Below, piece by piece: positions 19,731 to 26,531 of a stretch of DNA of 64,000 nucleotides. The notes under the pieces were generated by a model. The model searched no databases, was not told where the DNA came from, and saw only the letters and a list, made by a program, of their open reading frames with translations. This DNA is from a virus (Duplodnaviria; Caudoviricetes), in IMG/VR virus record IMGVR_UViG_3300026077_000001. The stretch is one strand, 5' to 3'. The stretch's first letter is position 1; every line of letters begins with the position of its first letter. The position numbers and the translations under genes were made by a program.

Positions 19731-19897
19731 AATGTTGAGGGATATGTGGTTCCTATGCCCGAAACATCATCTGCAGTAACTGATTCGCTCATCTGCAGTA
19801 ACTGATGTAGTAGGGGTTCAGGTGTAAGCGATTCCCATAGGTTAAATTTGGACTCTTGGGTGAAACCCATTTAAGTTAGTCCCACTCTCTCAACATT
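19731..19897 (+). ncRNA. Candidate structured RNA / 5' leader
   Basis: 12-bp closing stem (AATGTTGAGGGA / TCTCTCAACATT), CCTATG/CATAGG helix, GGACT/AGTCC stem with TGGGT-GAA-ACCCA hairpin, and an 18-nt direct repeat. It starts at the predicted TSS. Confidence 0.6.
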
Positions 19898-19915
19898 CAA
19901 TTATATGGAGATTAG

Positions 19916-20092
19916 ATGACATTACAGTTTTTGACAACAGTCTTGAACAACTTCTGTTCAAACAATGGTTTACCATTTCAGTCAGCAGATGACTTACGTC
20001 ACAACTATCAAATTACTCTAACAAAATATCAAGAGAATTGGTTAGAGCAATATGGTAAGGTGTGGGATATCGTAGTGGAGAATGCAGACTAA
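19916..20092 (+). CDS. Small hypothetical protein (58 aa)
   Basis: Read manually; GGAG RBS. Confidence 0.55.
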   Translation: MTLQFLTTVLNNFCSNNGLPFQSADDLRHNYQITLTKYQENWLEQYGKVWDIVVENAD

Positions 20093-20205
20093 TGACTATT
20101 CAAGAATACAAAGAACTCATAGCACAAGACACATTAAAAATTGGATGTGAACTTGAAGATGTGACTGATGAGTGGTATGATGAAGAAGGCAACCTAAAAG
20201 AATAA
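20092..20205 (+). CDS. Small acidic hypothetical protein (37 aa)
   Basis: TAATG-coupled; fills the gap before the methyltransferase. Confidence 0.45.
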   Translation: MTIQEYKELIAQDTLKIGCELEDVTDEWYDEEGNLKE

Positions 20206-20206
20206 T

Positions 20207-21121
20207 ATGAAAGATACCATATTATATGGAGATTGTCGAGAGACTCTCAAACAATTTGATGAAAAGGCGAGGATGTGTGTAACATCACCGCCTTATTATG
20301 GTTTAAGAAACTATGGTAACGAGGACAATCAAATTGGATTAGAACAAACACCTGAAGAATACATTAAACAATTAGTTGAAGTATTCAGGTCAGTTCGTGA
20401 TGTACTTACGGATGATGGAACACTATGGGTAAACATAGGTGACACATACTATAATTACAGATCAGATGGTAATTATCCTAAGCAAACAGTATCTAAAACT
20501 AATCAAGATTTACCAACATTTACACCAGTTAGAGGTAACAAGTTTGATAACTTAAAATCTAAGGATTTAATTGGTATACCTTGGATGTTGGCATTTGCTT
20601 TGAGGGATGATGGATGGTTCTTACGTCAAGATATAATATGGCATAAACCAAATCCAATGCCTGAAAGTGTTAGAGATAGATGCACTAAATCTCACGAATA
20701 TATCTTCTTATTATCAAAGAATAAGAGATATTATTATGATAATGAAGCAATCAAAGAACCTGCTAAGGACTGGGGAACCAGAGATAGAACCAATGGCAAG
20801 TATCACAATAAAGGAACTGGACTGCAACCACATTCAGGATTGACCAAATCATATCCTATGAAGAATAAAAGAAGTGTGTGGTCAGTCACGTCCAAACCTT
20901 ATAAAGGTGCTCACTTCGCTACTTTCCCACCTGATTTGATAGAACCTTGTATCAAGGCAGGATCTTCACAAAATGACATAATTCTTGATCCATTTATGGG
21001 ATCAGGCACAACTGCAATGGTAGCAAGGGAACTGGGTAGGCATTACATAGGATGTGAGTTACATAACGACTATTCTAACCTAGTTCAGAAGCGATTAGGG
21101 TTGTTCCAGTTCACAAACTGA
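20207..21121 (+). CDS. Beta-class DNA methyltransferase (N4-cytosine type, M.SmaI/M.Cfr9I-like family)
   Basis: VTSPPYYGLR (motif IV) precedes ILDPFMGSGTT (motif I). Also LWVNIGDTY, IIWHKPNPMPES, HEYIFLLSK, HFATFP. Confidence 0.9.
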   Translation: MKDTILYGDCRETLKQFDEKARMCVTSPPYYGLRNYGNEDNQIGLEQTPEEYIKQLVEVFRSVRDVLTDDGTLWVNIGDTYYNYRSDGNYPKQTVSKTNQDLPTFTPVRGNKFDNLKSKDLIGIPWMLAFALRDDGWFLRQDIIWHKPNPMPESVRDRCTKSHEYIFLLSKNKRYYYDNEAIKEPAKDWGTRDRTNGKYHNKGTGLQPHSGLTKSYPMKNKRSVWSVTSKPYKGAHFATFPPDLIEPCIKAGSSQNDIILDPFMGSGTTAMVARELGRHYIGCELHNDYSNLVQKRLGLFQFTN

Positions 21122-21159
21122 ACACATTTACACCCATTTCACTCATTTACCATTATTAT
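21103..21159 (+). promoter_or_regulatory. Dyad motif plus -10 box copy 3
   Basis: GTTCCAGTTCACAAACTGAACA; TATTAT at 21154. Confidence 0.65.
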
Positions 21160-21187
21160 AAGAGAGTTCAAACGATTTTATTGATCT

Positions 21188-21514
21188 ATGCCAACTGCAA
21201 CTGCTACTCAAGCGACTACAACACCACGCAAGAGAGCAAGACGCAAAGCAGCAACCACTTCAAAGACTGTCACAAAGAAGGCAGCAACACCAAAACTAAA
21301 TAAGGTAGTTGCAGTTCCACAAGTGTCACGTCCACAAGTTGAGTTGATATCAAGAGATCAGTACATTCAGGACATCAAAGCACGTTGGTCAGTACATCAG
21401 TATGAGATCAACGAGTTAGGCAAGGATCTCAAATTTGGTTATGAGTATCTTGTCAAGCAATCAGTTTTACTTATTGATTATTGCAAGAATTCATACAACA
21501 GAGCATTCAACTAG
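21188..21514 (+). CDS. Hypothetical protein with basic Lys/Arg/Thr-rich N-terminus
   Basis: TPRKRARRKAATTSKTVTKKAATPK. Confidence 0.7.
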   Translation: MPTATATQATTTPRKRARRKAATTSKTVTKKAATPKLNKVVAVPQVSRPQVELISRDQYIQDIKARWSVHQYEINELGKDLKFGYEYLVKQSVLLIDYCKNSYNRAFN

Positions 21515-21573
21515 ACCACTTGAATTACTGACACACTAGCACCCTATATGGGTGCTTTTTAATGTAATATAAT
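21513..21573 (+). promoter_or_regulatory. Dyad motif plus -10 box copy 4
   Basis: AGACCACTTGAATTACTGACAC; TAATAT at 21565. Confidence 0.65.
21538..21560 (+). terminator. Intrinsic terminator
   Basis: AGCACCC-TATAT-GGGTGCT followed by TTTT. Confidence 0.7.
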
Positions 21574-21590
21574 AATAGTTAAGGAATTTT

Positions 21591-21881
21591 ATGAACAACT
21601 TCGCTGAGTTTATTGATTACTGTATGTCATTCTACAATGATGTTGATGGACTCTATCCCATTGCTAACCTAACAGAAGAAGAGTTAGCACTTGCAACTCT
21701 CAAGTATCTTGACCTATGTGCATCATCCGATATTGAGTGGGGTGATGGCGATTCACTTGATCGTGAGCGTGTACGCAACATAGTCATTGAGTCTAGAGCA
21801 ATAAAGCAAGGTGGATGGATAACAGATGAACCAGTTAGCAAAGTGTCCACAAAATCACCAAACCTACCAAATTTCGTGTAA
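21591..21881 (+). CDS. Hypothetical protein
   Basis: 96-aa ORF with AGGA RBS; GDGDSLDRERVR motif. Confidence 0.7.
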   Translation: MNNFAEFIDYCMSFYNDVDGLYPIANLTEEELALATLKYLDLCASSDIEWGDGDSLDRERVRNIVIESRAIKQGGWITDEPVSKVSTKSPNLPNFV

Positions 21882-21884
21882 TAT
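21828..21884 (+). promoter_or_regulatory. Dyad motif plus -10 box copy 5
   Basis: GAACCAGTTAGCAAAGTGTCCAC; TAATAT at 21879. Confidence 0.65.
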
Positions 21885-21890
21885 AAGAAT

Positions 21891-22046
21891 ATGAACAAAA
21901 CAATCACACTTTCCGATCAGCAACATTCACTACTTGTGGATTTATTCTCTTCAATCGCTGATCTAGACTTGCAAGAGCATTGCGAGGACTCAACAGAATT
22001 CGATTCCCTATGGGATGCAGTTATAGACGCTAAGGAGGTCAACTAA
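21891..22046 (+). CDS. Small hypothetical protein (51 aa)
   Basis: Read manually: MNKTITLSDQQHSLL... Confidence 0.5.
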   Translation: MNKTITLSDQQHSLLVDLFSSIADLDLQEHCEDSTEFDSLWDAVIDAKEVN

Positions 22047-22229
22047 ATGTCAACATTACATCACGAGTCAATAATGGAACAATGTCACGATGAAGCGTGG
22101 GAGAGTTTCAGAAAGCATAACAAATTGACTGAAGATCAGTTAAATGAGTTATGTTGGAGACAAACTTCAGGCACATTACTTGCAATAGAAAAGCAAGCAC
22201 AGAGACTATTTGAAGCGAGGTGCCAATGA
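22047..22229 (+). CDS. Small hypothetical protein
   Basis: 60-aa ORF with AGGAGG RBS. Confidence 0.6.
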   Translation: MSTLHHESIMEQCHDEAWESFRKHNKLTEDQLNELCWRQTSGTLLAIEKQAQRLFEARCQ

Positions 22230-22390
22230 GTTACACCCAAAACGAAACAGCACTTCTTACTTTGATTTCTAACATCAACAACCAATTTTATTATATTGGC
22301 GAGGACAATGATAAAGTTGCACCAGTTGATGTTAAGAAATTTACTCAACATTGTGTAGCATTTATTGACTCTTTGGAGATCGAACAATGA
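22226..22390 (+). CDS. Small hypothetical protein (54 aa)
   Basis: Read manually; ATGA-coupled. Confidence 0.5.
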   Translation: MSYTQNETALLTLISNINNQFYYIGEDNDKVAPVDVKKFTQHCVAFIDSLEIEQ

Positions 22391-22572
22391 TAGTAAACTT
22401 TACAGCATCCATAGTATGTGATGATGAAGGAGTAAATCCACTTCATTTATGTGAAGAAATTCAAGCATATTTAAACTCTAATCATAATGAGAGTTACATT
22501 GACACTAAAGTGATAAGTTATAAATTAGAAGTTGATAAACAAGTCCCATTCTTTTATCAGGAGGAGTATTAA
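22387..22572 (+). CDS. Small hypothetical protein
   Basis: 61-aa coupled ORF. Confidence 0.55.
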   Translation: MIVNFTASIVCDDEGVNPLHLCEEIQAYLNSNHNESYIDTKVISYKLEVDKQVPFFYQEEY

Positions 22573-22709
22573 TGCAAATTGAATTAACATTTGACGAGCA
22601 ATATGAGTTCGTTAAGTTATACGATCTACTCAGAGATATGGACTTTGAGTTAACACCTAATCAAACAAATGTGTTTGATAAAATATTAACAAATGGAGGA
22701 CAATCCTAA
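22572..22709 (+). CDS. Small hypothetical protein (45 aa)
   Basis: Read manually; AGGAGG RBS and TAATG coupling. Confidence 0.55.
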   Translation: MQIELTFDEQYEFVKLYDLLRDMDFELTPNQTNVFDKILTNGGQS

Positions 22710-22969
22710 TGAAAAGACAACTAACTTCACAACAATGGGATGAACTAATTGAACAGTATGTTCAGTTACAAGTTGATAGTATGGACTACAAATCTTTAGA
22801 GCAATTTGTTAAACAAACTCTAACACAAGATCTAAGAGAAATTGAGTATAGAGAAGATTTATGTGATGAAATTAAATATACATTTGATGAGGAAACATTG
22901 AATGAGTTAGTTGATAACGTAACTAATGAAACTGTACTTGACATTAACAACAATGGAGGTAAGTATTAA
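22709..22969 (+). CDS. Hypothetical protein
   Basis: 86-aa ORF with GGAGG RBS. Confidence 0.65.
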   Translation: MKRQLTSQQWDELIEQYVQLQVDSMDYKSLEQFVKQTLTQDLREIEYREDLCDEIKYTFDEETLNELVDNVTNETVLDINNNGGKY

Positions 22970-23178
22970 TGAGAGAAGATTTAATGCCAGATGGATTTAA
23001 TGGTGAAATTAACTACAATGATGACGGAACCATTAATCTCAATGGTAACCTACTTCCAGAGGATTTAAGAGTAGTATCAGAGATAATATTTGATACTATA
23101 GCAAATTGTGGTCTATTTGATGACCACGATAAATTTTCATTTCAAATAAACATTAAGGAGGAAATTGACAATGATTGA
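22969..23178 (+). CDS. Hypothetical protein
   Basis: 69-aa ORF with GGAGG RBS. Confidence 0.6.
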   Translation: MREDLMPDGFNGEINYNDDGTINLNGNLLPEDLRVVSEIIFDTIANCGLFDDHDKFSFQINIKEEIDND

Positions 23179-23275
23179 ATTATTTGTTATTGTTGGAGGT
23201 GCATACGCTCTTTATGTGTGTGGTGTTGCTATTGCAACAAATTTAGATTATTACGAGGTTAACAAACGTGATTAG
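23171..23275 (+). CDS. Small membrane peptide (34 aa)
   Basis: MIELFVIVGGAYALYVCGVAIA hydrophobic segment; AGGAGG RBS. Confidence 0.5.
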   Translation: MIELFVIVGGAYALYVCGVAIATNLDYYEVNKRD

Positions 23276-23414
23276 ATTTATTTTTGGATGTGTGTGCATC
23301 TTTATGGGTGTTAACATTCTAATCAATGTTATGAATAGCACAATGGTTGACAGTTGGGAAGAGAGGAACAGGACACTTCAAGAACTGACACAACCAAATC
23401 CCATTCAACCCTAA
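23268..23414 (+). CDS. Small membrane peptide (48 aa, GTG start)
   Basis: MIRFIFGCVCIFMGVNILINVM hydrophobic segment; GAGG RBS. Confidence 0.4.
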   Translation: MIRFIFGCVCIFMGVNILINVMNSTMVDSWEERNRTLQELTQPNPIQP

Positions 23415-23429
23415 AATCAAGTATATTAT
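23370..23429 (+). promoter_or_regulatory. Dyad motif plus -10 box copy 6
   Basis: AGGACACTTCAAGAACTGACAC; TATATT/TATTAT at 23422-23429. Confidence 0.65.
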
Positions 23430-23432
23430 AAA

Positions 23433-23543
23433 TGTGGGGGATGGTTCGATTCCATCACTAACGTGGATACGAAGATCTAGGTCTAAAGATTCGTGAACTG
23501 CTTCTAAGAAGAGAAAGCACGAAATTACTAGGTCATTCCCACA
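23433..23543 (+). ncRNA. Candidate structured RNA / 5' leader with tRNA-like T-arm
   Basis: Closing stem TGTGGGGG/TTCCCACA, GATGG-TTCGATT-CCATC hairpin, and TTCGTG/CACGAA stem enclosing CTTC-TAA-GAAG. Confidence 0.5.
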
Positions 23544-23564
23544 ATCAATTTTACAGGATTTTAA

Positions 23565-23804
23565 ATGAATTTATTTGATGCAGTTCCAACAGTTGTAAGA
23601 GACAATTTTCAAGGATACGACAAGGGTGAATCAATTTCAGTTAAAGAGATCACCAACGCAGTATTTCAGGTAATTGATCTATGTGACAACTTTGACAAGG
23701 ACACCATCAAAATGACAACATTTAGACAAATCCGTCTAATGGTCTCAAATGGTGTTGATATGTTACTCAATGACCCGATTCAATTTAACGAGGTAATGTT
23801 CTAA
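23565..23804 (+). CDS. Hypothetical protein
   Basis: 79-aa ORF with AGGA RBS. Confidence 0.6.
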   Translation: MNLFDAVPTVVRDNFQGYDKGESISVKEITNAVFQVIDLCDNFDKDTIKMTTFRQIRLMVSNGVDMLLNDPIQFNEVMF

Positions 23805-24322
23805 TGAATGTTGTTATTGACAAGATGCAATCACCCGAAGCAAAGTATCAACAACTGTTCGAAGCAATGTATCAACTTTGTGACGAAAATAACTGGGGAG
23901 ATCCTTTCAGTTATGCACGAAGCAGAGAGATACATTTAGCGAGCATACTTGGGCACCGAGTTAGTGATACTTTATCAGGTGCAGATGCCTATGATGAGAA
24001 TAACTTACCAGTTGAATATAAGTCAACTATTGGTAAGAAACTAACAGCAACTTATAACGGCATAAGTGTACAAAACTCGTGGGAGGAGCAAGTTAACTAT
24101 CTTAGAGAAGATAAGATAGGTAAGTATCACAAACACTTCTTTGCTAGGTATCATTTAGGCAAGGTAGTTGAGATTTGGGTTATGAATGCGGATGACGTAT
24201 TACGCATACTAATTGATAACCTAGAGAGACAATTTAAGACAGTTGGTAATAAGAAAGACCCCAGACTTGGGTACACTATTAGTAACAAACTCATCCAAAC
24301 TTACGGAACTAAAGTATTATGA
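23804..24322 (+). CDS. PD-(D/E)XK nuclease, PvuII restriction-endonuclease-like
   Basis: SGADAYDENNLPVEYKS catalytic motif. It aligns by eye along its whole length with R.PvuII as I recall it (EGNDAVD..QEYELKS; KY..W/FFA.Y...EI; C-terminal GTKI/VL). Confidence 0.65.
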   Translation: MNVVIDKMQSPEAKYQQLFEAMYQLCDENNWGDPFSYARSREIHLASILGHRVSDTLSGADAYDENNLPVEYKSTIGKKLTATYNGISVQNSWEEQVNYLREDKIGKYHKHFFARYHLGKVVEIWVMNADDVLRILIDNLERQFKTVGNKKDPRLGYTISNKLIQTYGTKVL

Positions 24323-24528
24323 GCATTGAACAATTAAACCCAGAGAGAGAACAATCCATTGATCTTATTGCTGAAACTTATTACAATCGTATGAAATTAC
24401 ACGTTGATAATAATAACCCACGCAATGCAGAAGCACTATGTTTAGAATACTTAGTGGACGGAATTGACCCCGAAGATGGTAACTATTCCTGGATGTTCTT
24501 ACAACATTTAGATAGTTTGTTTGAGTGA
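24319..24528 (+). CDS. Hypothetical protein
   Basis: 69-aa coupled ORF. Confidence 0.6.
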   Translation: MSIEQLNPEREQSIDLIAETYYNRMKLHVDNNNPRNAEALCLEYLVDGIDPEDGNYSWMFLQHLDSLFE

Positions 24529-24586
24529 TTACAGTCCTTAAGTATGACTTTAAACTGCTTAATCTGTTCCCTTAATTAACAATCAA

Positions 24587-24700
24587 ATGGCAGAATCCAT
24601 CCTTGAAAACAACTCTTACCTAGTTGAATTATTTGATGAATGTGTTAATGGTAATGACATATTAGCATTACTAGATGAACTCTACCCTAGTGTGGACTAA
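24587..24700 (+). CDS. Small hypothetical protein (37 aa)
   Basis: Read manually: MAESILENNSYLVELFDECVNGNDILALLDELYPSVD. Confidence 0.4.
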   Translation: MAESILENNSYLVELFDECVNGNDILALLDELYPSVD

Positions 24701-24714
24701 TTTACATTTAGTCT

Positions 24715-24772
24715 ATGACAATTAAATAAGTGGCACAGAACCCCTGTTATCAGGGGTTTTTTCCTTTATAAT
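24715..24772 (+). promoter_or_regulatory. Dyad motif plus -10 box copy 7
   Basis: ATGACAATTAAATAAGTGGCAC; TATAAT at 24767. Confidence 0.7.
24739..24762 (+). terminator. Intrinsic terminator
   Basis: AACCCCTG-TTAT-CAGGGGTT followed by TTTT. Confidence 0.75.
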
Positions 24773-24802
24773 AGGTACATACCAAACAAAGGCATTTAAC
24801 TT

Positions 24803-25126
24803 ATGAGAAAGATTGAAGCAGCAATGAACAGAGCAATCAGAAGCAGATCAAACTGGAGTTCAGGCAACACCAGAGTTGAAATCACACCTGATAATGACGC
24901 TCTTGTTTATCTTCATTCTAACCTTATTGGTAAGGTATCTCAGCATTTTGTTAAACTATTTGACGGCGGATGGCAGTCCAACACTACGAAATCCCGTTTA
25001 AATGCTATTTTGGATGAATTTCATTATGGTAGCGGAGTATTTCAAAGAGACTGGACTTGGTACGTTAATTTACAAATAGGAGGACATATTCCTTTCTATT
25101 CAGGTATAGAACTAAACCACAATTAA
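24803..25126 (+). CDS. Hypothetical protein (cyanophage early type)
   Basis: MRKIEAAM...VYLHSNLIG...DGGWQSNTTKSRLNA. Confidence 0.75.
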   Translation: MRKIEAAMNRAIRSRSNWSSGNTRVEITPDNDALVYLHSNLIGKVSQHFVKLFDGGWQSNTTKSRLNAILDEFHYGSGVFQRDWTWYVNLQIGGHIPFYSGIELNHN

Positions 25127-25248
25127 ATTGCCAAAATGTCACAAACTAACTACAAAATGACTGAAGAAACTTACAAACAACTTTGCAATCCTACCCCAAT
25201 TATTAAGTATTACTTCTTAATAAATGATCGGGTTAAGTATAACAAACG

Positions 25249-25278
25249 TTGACAAGGTATCAAACTATGATATATAAT
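25249..25278 (+). promoter_or_regulatory. Sigma70-type promoter
   Basis: TTGACA-18 nt-TATAAT. Confidence 0.7.
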
Positions 25279-25305
25279 GAGGGGAGTAAATAACCCCTCT
25301 TTTTT
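25279..25305 (+). terminator. Intrinsic terminator overlapping the TSS of the 25249 promoter
   Basis: GAGGGG-9 nt-CCCCTC followed by TTTTTT. Confidence 0.65.
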
Positions 25306-25319
25306 ATTACAAACTCGTT

Positions 25320-25976
25320 ATGGACAATAGTAACATTTTATCGGACGATCTTTCATCCATAAGTGATAAGAATGAAAGCACAGTTTACGGTATGTTTATG
25401 ACACCAGTAGGGGTAAAATCTCTCACTAATCATCAACAACATAAACAGACTATATTAGATTATATCAGCAAATTGTCGCCTGAAGATGTCACAAACAGTT
25501 CCAGGAAAGATATAAACAATGGGGTGCTACAATTAGGTCAATTAGGTTTACTTAACCTAGAACAGTTCTTAACACTTAAGGAGGACATAATTGAAGCAGT
25601 TGTTGATATAAACTCTAAATCACTATGTTATGACTTAGGAGACAATCCTAATATAATTGATGATACTTTAGAGTTGACAAATAAGGGTGGAATGTATGCA
25701 CCACACGAGCAAAGTAATTGTCTTTATAGTGCAACTTATTTTGTAAATTGGGATATTAATTTACATTCACCATTACAATTTAAACGCAATGTAACATCAA
25801 CTCATTACCCAGTTATTCAATACAATCAAACACAAATTACCCCTTTCAATATGTTAGATGGAACAGTACCAATTACAGAGGGTTGTTTATGTTTATATCC
25901 ATCAAATATGGTGCGAGGGTATCAACAAAACAACGAAGGTAACCGTATTAGTTTAACATTTAACATTGGACTTTGA
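25320..25976 (+). CDS. TIGR02466-like 2OG-Fe(II) oxygenase fold with degenerate metal ligands
   Basis: GGMYAPHEQSNCLYSATYFV, LCLYPSNMVRG, RISLTFNI. Confidence 0.65.
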   Translation: MDNSNILSDDLSSISDKNESTVYGMFMTPVGVKSLTNHQQHKQTILDYISKLSPEDVTNSSRKDINNGVLQLGQLGLLNLEQFLTLKEDIIEAVVDINSKSLCYDLGDNPNIIDDTLELTNKGGMYAPHEQSNCLYSATYFVNWDINLHSPLQFKRNVTSTHYPVIQYNQTQITPFNMLDGTVPITEGCLCLYPSNMVRGYQQNNEGNRISLTFNIGL

Positions 25977-25999
25977 CCCCTTAATTATCATTTAACGCT

Positions 26000-26329
26000 A
26001 TGAATCCCTTTAAAAAAATTGATAACGATACCTATCAAGATGATGCTGGTATTTTATACAAACCTATCCCTAATTACGAGGACTATTTTGTATCTAACGA
26101 AGGACAGATATATTCAACTAAGTGGGGTAAATGGAAGAAATTAAAGATACATTTAAACGAAAATGGATATAGACGTGTTACTTTAAGACAAAATGGTAAG
26201 ACAGTTGTAAGAAGATGTGCACGATTATGTGCTCTTGCTTATCATCCAGGCGGAACAGATTACCAGAACGTTATTCACATTGACAAAAACAAATTGAATG
26301 ACCAAAGTAATAATCTAAAATGGGTATAG
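26000..26329 (+). CDS. NUMOD4/HNH-type protein, C-terminally short
   Basis: KPIPNYEDYFVSNEGQIYS (NUMOD4), GYRRVTL, VIHIDKNKLNDQSNNLKWV then stop. Confidence 0.75.
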   Translation: MNPFKKIDNDTYQDDAGILYKPIPNYEDYFVSNEGQIYSTKWGKWKKLKIHLNENGYRRVTLRQNGKTVVRRCARLCALAYHPGGTDYQNVIHIDKNKLNDQSNNLKWV

Positions 26330-26339
26330 TTTGTATTAG

Positions 26340-26382
26340 TTTTCCACACAATTTCCACAACTAAGTAATATTTTGTGGATTA
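26340..26382. repeat. Cluster of DnaA-box-like 9-mers
   Basis: TTTTCCACA at 26340-26348, ATTTCCACA at 26351-26359, and inverted TGTGGATTA at 26374-26382. Confidence 0.55.
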
Positions 26383-26467
26383 AATAAATGGTTAAATAAA
26401 CATACTTTAGTGTTTTATATTGATGCTCTTAAATGTTATAAACCCCACGAGGAATAGCGGTGTTAGG

Positions 26468-26496
26468 AGTATATATAAGAACGGAACAGTTGTCAA
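26468..26496 (-). promoter_or_regulatory. Leftward sigma70 promoter
   Basis: The reverse complement reads TTGACA-17 nt-TATACT. Confidence 0.7.
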
Positions 26497-26503
26497 CACA
26501 TAG

Positions 26504-26525
26504 GGGACACACATATTTGTGTCAC
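26504..26525. promoter_or_regulatory. Dyad motif copy 8, between divergent promoters
   Basis: GGGACACACATATTTGTGTCAC; the CA-N10-TG core lies 34 and 35 nt from the two -10 boxes. Confidence 0.6.
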
Positions 26526-26531
26526 AAATGC

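Noticed and set aside
19767-19806. 18-nt direct repeat as a mini-CRISPR array
   Set aside because: There are only two copies with a 4-nt gap and no cas genes. It is better explained as part of the structured RNA.
22219-22240. Additional dyad motif copy (GTGCCAATGAG...)
   Set aside because: Only the left half matches. It lacks the TG at the 10-nt spacing and has no -10 box at 34-35 nt.
23440-23456. tRNA gene suggested by GGTTCGATTCC
   Set aside because: No acceptor, D or anticodon arms can be formed around it. It is kept only as a T-arm mimic.
23804-24322. CAGCTG (PvuII site) avoidance as evidence for the nuclease's target
   Set aside because: CAGCTG occurs several times in the window, so it is not purged.
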